Shown here piece after piece: positions 50,641 through 60,547 of a stretch of DNA of 64,000 nucleotides (position 1 is the stretch's first letter; every line of letters begins with the position of its first letter). The translations under genes and the position numbers were made by a program. Location: positions 8,501 through 72,500 of the IMG/VR virus record IMGVR_UViG_3300037423_000611, one strand, 5' to 3'. The notes below the pieces were generated by a model. That model did no database searches. It was given only the letters and a program-made list of their open reading frames with translations, and had not been told where the DNA came from. The DNA comes from a virus. Taxonomy: Duplodnaviria > Caudoviricetes.

Positions 50641-51720
50641 ATGAATACAGCAAATGCGATGGGTAAAGTGATCGGGTTCCAAAGTGCAAATATATTAGCA
50701 GAAGATATTATGACATTTCTTAATGATAAGGCATTTTCACCTAAGACGAGAGAAGGATACACTACAAGCATCAAGGAGTTTATTCATTACTTTTGCAAAG
50801 GTAAAGACATTGCAACTGTTACTGAAGAGGATCTAGTTGAATATGAAGATGGTAAACCAGTTAAGTTTAAATTTAGCAACGCACAAATAAAAAAATATAG
50901 GAATTATCTAAGTGACAAGGGATTGGCAAATGTAACAGTGAATACAAAAATGTCCGGCATTAATTCATTGTTTACTGAGTTAGCAAAGGATAGACCTTAT
51001 TTTAATATTGCAGTGTTTAAGGTAAAACCATTGGCAGACACATCTGAGAGTTATGGAGATTTTTCGAAAGAAGAAATTGAAATGATGCTAGAAGAGGTTA
51101 AGAAGTATCCTGATGGCTATCAGAAGTATGTCGCAATTAAGTTACTTTGCATCACTTCTTTCAGGGTTAGTTCGATGCTTAAACTTACATGGTCTAATAT
51201 CAAGAAACATGATGACAATACTTATGTAGTTAAGGCCGAAGGTGCTGCTATTGGTAAGGGTAACAAAAAGGATGCGAAGTCAATTAATAAGGAAATGTAT
51301 GAAGAGTTGTTGATGTTGAAAGGTGAGCACGATGATAACAAGATATTCCATATGCACAGGAAGACTCTTTGGGATACGATTAATAAATTAGTAAAAGATT
51401 TGGAATTAGATCCTCAGAATGAGCGTAATTTGTGTGTGCATAGCTTGAAAAATTTCGGAATCAATAGGATTCTGGAAACCGGAGGCACAATTGTTGCTGC
51501 TCAACGTCAGGGTAACCATAAATCTGCCAAGACCACGCTTGAAAAATATGCTCGTTTCACAGATGACCCTACACAAAACCCAAGTCTCACAATCATGCAG
51601 GATGTTGACACGAGTATTATTAAAGAAGCAAGTATTGAACAATTGTTAATTGCTATAGATGGATGTGGGGATGCACTGAAGGTACAATTGGTGAAAAAGT
51701 TAAAAGAGATAATGGGATAG
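50641..51720 (+). CDS. Tyrosine recombinase (integrase/resolvase-like) with SAM-like N-terminal domain
   Basis: Own promoter TTGACT-17-TATAAT; TSFRVS, divergent HSLK (HxxR position), GNH and KY motifs. Confidence 0.82.
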   Translation: MNTANAMGKVIGFQSANILAEDIMTFLNDKAFSPKTREGYTTSIKEFIHYFCKGKDIATVTEEDLVEYEDGKPVKFKFSNAQIKKYRNYLSDKGLANVTVNTKMSGINSLFTELAKDRPYFNIAVFKVKPLADTSESYGDFSKEEIEMMLEEVKKYPDGYQKYVAIKLLCITSFRVSSMLKLTWSNIKKHDDNTYVVKAEGAAIGKGNKKDAKSINKEMYEELLMLKGEHDDNKIFHMHRKTLWDTINKLVKDLELDPQNERNLCVHSLKNFGINRILETGGTIVAAQRQGNHKSAKTTLEKYARFTDDPTQNPSLTIMQDVDTSIIKEASIEQLLIAIDGCGDALKVQLVKKLKEIMG

Positions 51721-51792
51721 AGTAGATGTGAGTCTGCTCTATTTTTCTTTTTGTGGGAGTGGGGAGGTATAAAAGAAAAGAGTAAAGAAAAG

Positions 51793-51823
51793 TGTTTACA
51801 GATATAAAATAATCATGTATGGT
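51793..51823 (+). promoter_or_regulatory. SigA-type promoter of the replication operon
   Basis: TTTACA-17-TATGGT; shares 23 bp with the promoter at 43150-43172. Confidence 0.65.
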
Positions 51824-51877
51824 TATAAAAAGACAGGGAAATTTGTCTTTAATTTATTTTTATAAGGAGGCTCAACT

Positions 51878-52639
51878 ATGAGTAAGAAATTTATTTGCTA
51901 CCTATGTTCCACCCACGGTATTAAAGATGAAATGATTAGAGAACAAGTAAGTCCAAACACTTCCAGATATTATCATAAGGATTGTAAAAATATAAATACA
52001 CTAAACAAAAGCATTCATTCAGGGTTACATAGAAAAGAGAGTAAAAAACATCAGGGAAGTAAACGTGTGATATTTGAACTTTTAACCAATGGTGATAGGG
52101 TACTCATAGATCAGCATCTACAGCAAGTTAACTTGGATTTCGATTTCATTGCTGTTGAATCTCCAGTAACCCATATACATAAAAATAAAATTCCATTCTT
52201 AGATATTCATGACTGCACCAGTTGTATTGAACAGTATAAGAAAGATAATGAATTTAATTTAGAGACTGTAGAGGAATTTCACAATCAGATTAATGTGAAT
52301 GCCTATAAATCAGTAACTACGCAAGATTATTTTTATCAACATCCATGTCTTAATTGTCCGTTTAATCATCTAAGATACAAATATATATTTGACGTAGGGA
52401 TCGGGAAAGAGGGTAATTACACCGCAGCGTTTGAAATTTTACATACAAGTAAAATTAGTAAAAATAAAATAATTTATTGTATAAATAATGATATCCAGTT
52501 ATTTGAAATACATACTATAGAAGCACGTAAGAAAAATAAAAAATTAAAATGCGAACGTGTATGGTGGAAAGATGCAGAAGGGAATATCCAGATTTGTGTT
52601 TCCTATAAAGGCTTGTTCAATGAAGAGGTGATTTCATGA
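51878..52639 (+). CDS. Cys/His-rich hypothetical protein coupled to the rep gene
   Basis: 253 aa; ATGA overlap with the next gene; possible degenerate PD-(D/E)XK motif (FDVGI...AAFEI). Confidence 0.65.
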   Translation: MSKKFICYLCSTHGIKDEMIREQVSPNTSRYYHKDCKNINTLNKSIHSGLHRKESKKHQGSKRVIFELLTNGDRVLIDQHLQQVNLDFDFIAVESPVTHIHKNKIPFLDIHDCTSCIEQYKKDNEFNLETVEEFHNQINVNAYKSVTTQDYFYQHPCLNCPFNHLRYKYIFDVGIGKEGNYTAAFEILHTSKISKNKIIYCINNDIQLFEIHTIEARKKNKKLKCERVWWKDAEGNIQICVSYKGLFNEEVIS

Positions 52640-54486
52640 AAATCATGCTCGACACAAAATCATATACACATAAGCCTGAATCAGAAATTGGCATTGTCAC
52701 AAAAAGAATCATGCAATACCCAGTTGATATTACTCCTCAGCAACTAACACAAGAGATATTAAAAGGTAAAAGTTTTATACCTGCTTATATAGGAACTCCA
52801 AATAGCAAAGGTGTAGTAAAAAAGTCTAATGAGTGTTGGACATATCAAGAATTATTATGTTTAGATTTTGATGAAGGAATGATGTTAAAAGAAGCATTAG
52901 AAGAATTTAATAATACAGCTATGTTTATTTATACAACATTCAATCATAGTGTTAAACAAGATAAATTTAGAGTTGTATTTCAATTAGATAAGAAATTAAC
53001 GAATTATAAAGACTTTAGTGATATCATTACCTATTTAATTGATAAGTATAAAGCAGATATACAATGTAAAGATGGATCTAGATTATACTTTGGTGGTAAG
53101 GAAGTATATGAATTAAATTATAATAATAAATTAAATGTTGATGAATTATTAATTGTTAGTAGAGAGTATGTTAGTAACAAAAGTAAAAATAACAATAAAA
53201 ATAAAAATGTGAGAAAAAGTACCCATCATATATTAGATATGGGTAGTAAATATCTATCTAATATACAAAGGGTACTAAAATCCCACCATGAGAAATTAAC
53301 AAGAAATAGAACGACTGAAGCAAAGGAAATAACCAATAAGTTAGATTTAATGGGATATTTATTATCTAGAGACTTATATACATATCTTAATATTGAAGAT
53401 GGATTAACTCCATTCTGTTGTATATTTCATGACGATAAGAAGCCATCAGCTAGTATTATCAAGAATCAAAAGGGATTCCAAATATACAAGTGTCATAGTT
53501 CTAAGTGTGGATTTACAGGTAATATATTTAGAATCACCGAGAGATTATTTGAGTTAAATAATGTAGAGGCCATTGATTATTTGTGTGATGTGTTTAATGT
53601 ACAATTGGTTGAATCTGAATGGTATCAAAAACAAAAGAGGATTTATGAACAGAATATTTACTATCTGCTAAGTGGGGCAATGGAATATGAACATGAGTAT
53701 CTATATAAGGTGATTAAGAGACATATACCATTGCTGGTGATATTGAATCAAATTGCCATCATGACTATGGGTTCTGAAATGATTAAGCGAAACGAGGAGC
53801 CAATATTCTTTAAGCCTATGAAGGAAATTATGAATATGTTTGCTGCTTTTGTTGCTGAAATTAAAGAGATTGAGGAAAAAGATAAGAAGTTTACAAGAGA
53901 TTTGAAGGAACTAAATAAGCGAATCAATCTATTTGCTTTATTGGGTGTAGTGAATAAGTTACATATATCTGATGTGCCTACAGACATTTATAAGAGATAT
54001 ACAGCACTACAAAAGCAAGTGACTGGAGATGAGAAATTAAAGATCCCAAACTTTTATTATATCCCATCCTACTCAGATCAAGTGCTAACTAGCGCTAATC
54101 AATTAGCTGACCAGTTCAAACAAACTATGAGCATGAAAGGATTCTCCAGAGAAATGATTATGAGGGCTATGGGAGAAGATGCTGCGAATAGAGTTTTCCC
54201 TATGAAGAAAGGTAAAGAGTTAACTAAGACGAGTGATAAACTGGCCTTAGAGATGAAAGATTTAGTGCTGAGTCTATTGGATGATAAGGGATATGTAATT
54301 GAGAAAGAGATATTTGATTATACATATGGAAGCAAAGAGAAAAATTTGAGGGTACTGAAAAGATGCTTACAAGAAATGTTAGACGAATATGGATTGAAGA
54401 GAGTAAGGTTGAATAAAGAATTGAAAAATGGATTGGGTATAGTAGTGGAAGGATATCCAAATGTAATATTAAGAGATAGTGAGTAG
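52636..54486 (+). CDS. Replication initiator / primase-like protein with CHC2-type zinc finger
   Basis: LCLDFD...YTTFNH...KFRVVF...D.QCKDGSRLYFG (AEP/VirE-N-like); CCIFHDDKKPSA...YKCHSSKCG; origin-like region immediately downstream. Confidence 0.7.
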   Translation: MKIMLDTKSYTHKPESEIGIVTKRIMQYPVDITPQQLTQEILKGKSFIPAYIGTPNSKGVVKKSNECWTYQELLCLDFDEGMMLKEALEEFNNTAMFIYTTFNHSVKQDKFRVVFQLDKKLTNYKDFSDIITYLIDKYKADIQCKDGSRLYFGGKEVYELNYNNKLNVDELLIVSREYVSNKSKNNNKNKNVRKSTHHILDMGSKYLSNIQRVLKSHHEKLTRNRTTEAKEITNKLDLMGYLLSRDLYTYLNIEDGLTPFCCIFHDDKKPSASIIKNQKGFQIYKCHSSKCGFTGNIFRITERLFELNNVEAIDYLCDVFNVQLVESEWYQKQKRIYEQNIYYLLSGAMEYEHEYLYKVIKRHIPLLVILNQIAIMTMGSEMIKRNEEPIFFKPMKEIMNMFAAFVAEIKEIEEKDKKFTRDLKELNKRINLFALLGVVNKLHISDVPTDIYKRYTALQKQVTGDEKLKIPNFYYIPSYSDQVLTSANQLADQFKQTMSMKGFSREMIMRAMGEDAANRVFPMKKGKELTKTSDKLALEMKDLVLSLLDDKGYVIEKEIFDYTYGSKEKNLRVLKRCLQEMLDEYGLKRVRLNKELKNGLGIVVEGYPNVILRDSE

Positions 54487-54515
54487 ATCATCTGAAAAGG
54501 TGGTCTATTTTTTAT
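54484..54515 (+). terminator. Terminator after rep
   Basis: tagatcatct gaaa aggtggtcta tttttt. Confidence 0.65.
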
Positions 54516-55372
54516 GTGTGTAAATTTATATGTCGGTATATAGTATCGAGAGTGTATTTGAAATGGATCTAAAATATGCCCCCGTGGTAGGTTGAGCGTA
54601 GATTGGATAAGGGATTGAGATGTATTTTTGATGTGAGAATGTGAATGAGTGATGAAAGTGTAAAATCGATTGTGTGATGGAATGTGAGTGTGAATCGAGT
54701 AGAGTGTAGAGAATATGTGGATTCTAATACAATTTAGAGTGGAAATTAGGGTAATTTGGATTAGGGTAGGGTAGTTGGAAGAGTAATAGTGAGGAGTGGC
54801 GAGAGCGTGTTATAGAGGGATTGAGACGATATATGCTGCGATGGTGAACGCGATATGGGAATAGTAAGTGAGGGTGATAGGGAGAGAGTATGATAGGGAT
54901 ATGTAAACTTTGTGGTGAATGTGAGTTTACATATAGATGGAAATTAATGGATAGTTGGTAGGGTGATCTAGTGTAGAAGATAGGACGGAAATGTGAAGAT
55001 TAGATGAAGGGAAAGTCTAAAATTTAGGCTGAGTGTGGAAATGGAAGTGTTGCGAGGATATTTGTCGAATAATGTCGAATTTTGGATGTAAACCACGCCC
55101 CCACCCTTGATATATAAGGATTATTCAAACTCCATCTAATAGCAATGTAACCCAATGTTATTTATGTTACCTACATTCATACCTACATTTGCACGATACA
55201 GACCAACCAAAAAGCCCAGTCTGTAATATGCGTGTATAATACAACAATTGTAGATTGCATGGGAACGAATGTTACATATTTTCCTATGATATCATCCATC
55301 ATTCACGGCTCGTAATTGGTCTGACCAATATCGAAGAATAACATGGAAACCGCATATGAAGACTTCACATAC

Positions 55373-55407
55373 TTATCCACAGTTAATTGTGTATATCTTG
55401 TTGATAA
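55373..55407. promoter_or_regulatory. DnaA-box cluster
   Basis: Perfect TTATCCACA (55373-55381) plus two inverted 1-mismatch boxes TGTGTATAT (55388-55396) and TGTTGATAA (55399-55407). Confidence 0.65.
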
Positions 55408-55411
55408 TATT

Positions 55412-55427
55412 TGTTTCACGTGGAACG
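55412..55427. promoter_or_regulatory. parS: Host-type parS (Spo0J/ParB binding site)
   Basis: TGTTTCACGTGGAACG; its reverse complement CGTTCCACGTGAAACA differs from the consensus TGTTNCACGTGAAACA at one position. Confidence 0.75.
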
Positions 55428-55732
55428 TTTTATAATTATTTTACATTCATATTATCTATTCTATCTGCAATCCTATCCATAATTATATATAAGTTTTACT
55501 TATCATCACATCATTATTAATAAGTTTATATTATTATCATCTTATTATCATATTATCCTATTCCATTTCCCATTATATCTCTCCAATGATCTAATTATTA
55601 TCAGTTTTACACACTCGCATTTATACAAATAAAATAAACACGAACAATATTTTTCTTTACATTTACTCACTATAGGTTTATAATTATAAGCGTAGATAGT
55701 TAATACATATTAATTCTTAGGAGGTTATTATA

Positions 55733-55978
55733 ATGCTAAAGTTAAAAGAGCAATTCGAAGTATACGCCAATTACTACAATGTAGAAACCGATAGTGTAGA
55801 CTCTAATAGGGAATTCGAAGTACTTTCAAATATGCTCGATTCATTCTTAGATTACGAAGAATTCTCTCCATTGTTTGATATTCTTTGCACACTAAACAAT
55901 GATAAGAAAATAAACATAAAAGAAAATTGGAATAAATTTTCTCTAGCATTAATTCAAAGTATCACTAATACACTTTAG
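55733..55978 (+). CDS. Hypothetical early protein
   Basis: Promoter-like TTTACA...TATAAT and AGGAGG RBS. Confidence 0.65.
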   Translation: MLKLKEQFEVYANYYNVETDSVDSNREFEVLSNMLDSFLDYEEFSPLFDILCTLNNDKKINIKENWNKFSLALIQSITNTL

Positions 55979-55991
55979 GAGGTTATCACTC

Positions 55992-56261
55992 ATGAACACT
56001 CTAAACGATTCTTTAAACGCTCAATACAATAAAGTTCTGCTATGGGAGAAGGGATTTGCAAAGTATATTGAGGCATGTGATAAAATTGGATATGGTAGAG
56101 GTAACGCACATTTAAACCGCAAACTTAATGATGGTATTCGCATGATGGCCATAGCTGATTATGATGGAATGGTAGAAGTAGTAAATAATCCTTGGTTGAT
56201 TAGGAGAGCGTTAAAAAATATTGATTTTAATGAATTAATTAGGAGTATTTCACATGTCTAA
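55992..56261 (+). CDS. Hypothetical early protein
   Basis: AGGAGG RBS. Confidence 0.65.
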   Translation: MNTLNDSLNAQYNKVLLWEKGFAKYIEACDKIGYGRGNAHLNRKLNDGIRMMAIADYDGMVEVVNNPWLIRRALKNIDFNELIRSISHV

Positions 56262-56463
56262 AATATGTAAATGTCCATACTTAGGAAAATTGGTTTCTAG
56301 TTATCGTTTTTACGGTTTCTATTGTCACATTCAATTTAAAAATGGATGGAGACATGGTGATATATTGAAATGGACTAAAGAAGAGCGAACAAATAAAATG
56401 AAGGAATATGGATGCTATAATAATGGGGAAGAGTGTCCTTGGAGAAAAGAACTAAATAAATAA
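56254..56463 (+). CDS. Small Cys-containing hypothetical protein
   Basis: AGGAG RBS; overlaps previous stop. Confidence 0.6.
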   Translation: MSKICKCPYLGKLVSSYRFYGFYCHIQFKNGWRHGDILKWTKEERTNKMKEYGCYNNGEECPWRKELNK

Positions 56464-56607
56464 TACTTAGATCCATTTATATGGGTCTTTTTCTCTTCTC
56501 ATCATTCCATATAATAATCTAACATTTTATTTTACTTTTATAATCCATTATGCTATAATTGTATTAAGTTAATAAACCATATCAATACATATTAGGAGGC
56601 GTTAACA

Positions 56608-58323
56608 ATGGAAAAAATTCATGAATCAGGTGTAGAGACTGCAAAGAAAATCAGAAAAGAACTAAAAAAGGCATTCCCTTCTATTAAATTTTCTGTACGC
56701 TCTGATTACAATTCTGTGCGTATCCATTATACAGATGGAGCAACAAAGGACGAAGTAGAAGCCGTTACAAGCCGTTTTGAGTCCGGCCATTTTGACGGTA
56801 TGACCGATATGTATGAATATAATAACGGCTATGAATACGAAGGTAAATTATATTCAGGTGCAAAGTATATCTTTGTTAACCGTGATTTATCTGAAGAATA
56901 TCGAGCACAATTAGAAGCTTATGCAACATCTAAAGGTTATGACATGAGCCGTAACAATTGGGACTATTACCAAAATCTAAACAGAGCAGAAAAGGAAATG
57001 TTATCCACTCAACAACAATCCATCACAGAACAACCTTCCACTAATGAACCCGTTAATACTTCAATGACATCCAATAACATCACAGTAACACTAAATGAAG
57101 AAAAAAATGGTATTGAGATTCAATTCAATTCAAAACCAAGTCAAGAAACACTTGACCAATTACATTTGCACGGTTTCAAATTCTACTATAAACTAAACAA
57201 AAAATGGATAGCGAAACAAACACCGGAACGCCTAAACTTCGTTAACCTTCTTATATCTGATTCAATGGTAGAAACTGAACAGACCAACGAAGAGCCAATA
57301 ACAGTCGAGTCTGTAGATGTGGAACCAGTTACCATTGAAACATCATTAAATATTGTTGATACTATTTCTGATATTTCCTCTTCATTCCTTTCTAACCATA
57401 ACATTTTACATTTTAGCGATATGACACCGGAACAAAGAAAAGAGTATAAATCATACATGTTTGAACAATTGCAGCAACGTGCAATAACAATTGATAAGGA
57501 TCTATTATCTAAACTCTCTTCTAATGGTTACAATTGCATAGTTGAAGTATTAACATTAAATGAAGAACAGCCTCAACAAATTAAAATCAAGTCAATAACC
57601 TTTAAATGGTCTGAATCATCATTGGTCAAAGATAACACTATTGTAAACTCATTCAAAGAAGCAAATACCATTATTCACTCTATAGCTATGGAAAACGGTG
57701 ATATAGGTTACACTAAAACAGCCTTTATTATTGAATGGGTGGACGGTAGAACACATGATGGAAGAATAGATATCAACTCTAAACATATGAATAAATCTAA
57801 TCCATTAGGCGAACATGTAAAATACTTTTATGAAAACTTAGCAGGAATGAGAAAACCAATTGACTGGACATGGGAGCAACATAAGAACCATTTGAAGTCT
57901 ATTTATCAAATAGATGAACAGCAAATGGAAGAAATGAAACAAATTCTAAATACTTATCTATTGGATGATGTCGAAGAAAACAAACCGACTCCAAACAATA
58001 AGAATAAAAATAACACTAACGTTATAGATTTTACCACTATAACAAGGCCACAAAGACCTGATAACAACAAACCTATAACAGCCTCGACACAATCAAATGT
58101 AGTCAGTTTAACCGATAGACTGCAAGCCAAACAAAAACAAAAGGAGGAACGCGAAGCAGAAGAAAAGGCGTTAACATTTGTTGTGAATGAGATATTACCA
58201 TTCATTACACCTGAAGAACACAAGCAAATGTTAACATTATCAAATGATCCAGATAAGTTTATGTTGTTTCTATACGAATTGGATCTAAAAATTAAACTTA
58301 GGAACAAAAATAAAATTAAATAA
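56608..58323 (+). CDS. Polyvalent-protein-associated multidomain protein (LPD29-like N-terminus, LPD25-like central domain)
   Basis: TAKKIRKELKKAFPSIKFSVRS...FDGMTDMY and WSES...F.EAN...GY.KT.F.I motifs recalled from LPD families. Confidence 0.6.
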   Translation: MEKIHESGVETAKKIRKELKKAFPSIKFSVRSDYNSVRIHYTDGATKDEVEAVTSRFESGHFDGMTDMYEYNNGYEYEGKLYSGAKYIFVNRDLSEEYRAQLEAYATSKGYDMSRNNWDYYQNLNRAEKEMLSTQQQSITEQPSTNEPVNTSMTSNNITVTLNEEKNGIEIQFNSKPSQETLDQLHLHGFKFYYKLNKKWIAKQTPERLNFVNLLISDSMVETEQTNEEPITVESVDVEPVTIETSLNIVDTISDISSSFLSNHNILHFSDMTPEQRKEYKSYMFEQLQQRAITIDKDLLSKLSSNGYNCIVEVLTLNEEQPQQIKIKSITFKWSESSLVKDNTIVNSFKEANTIIHSIAMENGDIGYTKTAFIIEWVDGRTHDGRIDINSKHMNKSNPLGEHVKYFYENLAGMRKPIDWTWEQHKNHLKSIYQIDEQQMEEMKQILNTYLLDDVEENKPTPNNKNKNNTNVIDFTTITRPQRPDNNKPITASTQSNVVSLTDRLQAKQKQKEEREAEEKALTFVVNEILPFITPEEHKQMLTLSNDPDKFMLFLYELDLKIKLRNKNKIK

Positions 58324-58403
58324 CAATTAACAAATAACAACATCATAACAGGCCATTGGGGAGGTTTACTCCTCTCCTTTGGTCAATATGAGGAGTCTAC
58401 ACA

Positions 58404-58586
58404 ATGCCGGAATATCTGCACGATATTAACACTATACTCTCACACGGTCAATATCTTGGTTATTGCTCTATAAAGGGTAACATTTATTCTGTACCAGATA
58501 AAACCGATAACAACAAATATTATATTGTTTCTGTGAATGATAGCGAGGTTACAATACTATTTCAATTTGAAGTGAATAACAAATAA
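58404..58586 (+). CDS. Hypothetical protein
   Basis: GAGGAG RBS. Confidence 0.55.
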   Translation: MPEYLHDINTILSHGQYLGYCSIKGNIYSVPDKTDNNKYYIVSVNDSEVTILFQFEVNNK

Positions 58587-58626
58587 TAACCAATAACAAA
58601 TAACATACATAAAAGGAGCCTATACA

Positions 58627-58743
58627 ATGAATTCAAACAAACTTACTAATATCATTTGTCTATCTATAACAATCCCATTTGGAGCAGCCGTTATTGCTGG
58701 CCTAATATATTCGTTTACTTTTCTTGCTATGTTACTAAACTAA
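58627..58743 (+). CDS. Small hydrophobic peptide (38 aa)
   Basis: AAGGAG RBS; MNSNKLTNIICLSITIPFGAAVIAGLIYSFTFLAMLLN. Confidence 0.5.
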   Translation: MNSNKLTNIICLSITIPFGAAVIAGLIYSFTFLAMLLN

Positions 58744-58878
58744 ATATAAAATAATAATGTATTATAAATAACAGTACACAAGTTATTCCATTCATGATAT
58801 ACTTACTATTGATAGGACAATTGTATATTTATTATTTGTATTGTTCTATCTCATTTTAATTGAAAGGAGTATTCACAA

Positions 58879-59931
58879 TTGGATCTAACAAACATTAAAC
58901 CTAATCAAGTTATTAAAAATTATAAACATCTATGCCAATTACTCAATGTCCCAGAGCTAACAAGCAATAGCAAAAAGGCACAATTAAAAGAACTATCAAG
59001 ATACTGTAATTTCAATAAACTAGGTCATTCATTTACTATTCTAGAAGTCTATGACATTCCATTGAAGAAAATTGATAATAGAGGAGGAAATAATAGTATA
59101 TACAATGACCTAATACAAATCTTAATTATGGATTTATTGGCACAATGTCCACATGGTCATGTATCTATTTCTAGAAGTAAATTGCTATTAACAATCAATA
59201 TGATAAATTCTAATTATAGTAAAGGAAATGAATATGTTCCTCTATTGTCTAAATATACAAATATAAACGAAAGAACCATATATGATTTTTATAATACAAG
59301 TAATAGCAATTTTAAAAGCACAATTGAAACAGCCCTAAATAAACTCATGGATAAACGAATCATAATACATGAAAGAGTTATTAAAATATGCGAATGTGGA
59401 ACGCATAGGCATAGGAGAGCAACAGAAGAGGAAAAAAGCATCATAGCGGAAAATGAAAAAATGATACTAGATAAATATGGATTTAGTGAAGTATCACAAA
59501 TAAGGTGTTCTAGATACTGGAAGAATTTTAAAAAAGAAGTTAAACAATTACTAAACGAAAAAGGAAAAATAGAATATTACTATCATGCTTATGACATTAC
59601 TATAAATAAAAAATATATACATGATGAAAGAAAAACAATGTCTGATTTATTGCTTAAAGATATACAACGAATGGAATACAAAGAGGAATTGAATTTAACT
59701 GTTTATTATCATATTATAGAAAACGCACAAAAACGACATGGCAAAGGGCTTGTCTCTGGTAAAATGGCAAAAGTGAGATCCAACAAAGAATACATAAAAC
59801 ATATTAAAAAATTAGCTGAATTGCTTATAGATGATAATACATCTTATATAATTGACGAATTAAAGGGAATGGAGTTTGATGAGGTATCCGATATTGAACT
59901 ATTAAAAGAATTAGATTATTTATTCGAATAG
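58879..59931 (+). CDS. Basic hypothetical protein (350 aa), possible DNA-binding/Rep-like
   Basis: AAAGGAG RBS with TTG start; followed by a long hairpin. Confidence 0.65.
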   Translation: MDLTNIKPNQVIKNYKHLCQLLNVPELTSNSKKAQLKELSRYCNFNKLGHSFTILEVYDIPLKKIDNRGGNNSIYNDLIQILIMDLLAQCPHGHVSISRSKLLLTINMINSNYSKGNEYVPLLSKYTNINERTIYDFYNTSNSNFKSTIETALNKLMDKRIIIHERVIKICECGTHRHRRATEEEKSIIAENEKMILDKYGFSEVSQIRCSRYWKNFKKEVKQLLNEKGKIEYYYHAYDITINKKYIHDERKTMSDLLLKDIQRMEYKEELNLTVYYHIIENAQKRHGKGLVSGKMAKVRSNKEYIKHIKKLAELLIDDNTSYIIDELKGMEFDEVSDIELLKELDYLFE

Positions 59932-60058
59932 ATATAAAATAATAAAAAAACGGACATTTCAAAGTGCCTATTGTATTAAATAATAAGAGTATACTATAGG
60001 TATTATGAAATGTCCTAAATTTAAAATATTATATTTCATATCCAAGGAGGCCAATACC

Positions 60059-60412
60059 ATGTCAAAAATCAAATCTAACCTTAAATTAACCCTTATTTCC
60101 CTTATTATCTCTTTATTCATCATTCCATCCTTCGCAGGTGCTCAAGTCTATACAATACATGAGACTATAGACCATGTTGAATATGATTCTAATTTACATT
60201 ACTACTCCGCGTTTACTCCTGAGACATCTACAGGATTTTGGTATCTTGATCTATTTCCTTCTAATGACTCGACTATGGAAACTAAATTGAATGAATCACT
60301 CAAAGGAAAATCAATCACAATTGTTTATGATGACAATAATAGTAAACTGAATACAGATTACTGGGAATTGTTACAATGGGACTTTGACAAGGAATATAAC
60401 CAAGAAAAATAA
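60059..60412 (+). CDS. Secreted hypothetical protein
   Basis: AAGGAGG RBS; signal peptide MSKIKSNLKLTLISLIISLFIIPSFAGA-. Confidence 0.65.
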   Translation: MSKIKSNLKLTLISLIISLFIIPSFAGAQVYTIHETIDHVEYDSNLHYYSAFTPETSTGFWYLDLFPSNDSTMETKLNESLKGKSITIVYDDNNSKLNTDYWELLQWDFDKEYNQEK

Positions 60413-60547
60413 TATTAGCTTATAGGCTGCTTTTACAGTGGTCTATTTTCTTTTTTTTATATTTATTTTTACTTGTGATTATTTTATTTACATGATATAA
60501 TTATCTTAACTTAATTATACATATTTACCAATTGGAGGTTATGCCAC

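Larger units (their letters stand above)
54520..55720. other. Non-coding putative replication origin region
   Basis: About 1.2 kb with no ORF; G/A-rich then C/T-rich halves; DnaA boxes, parS and an AT-rich tract. Confidence 0.65.

Noticed and set aside
54745-54775. TTAGGG/TAGGG telomere-like words
   Set aside because: Only two or three scattered copies in a G-rich tract; no tandem array and no protelomerase in the window.
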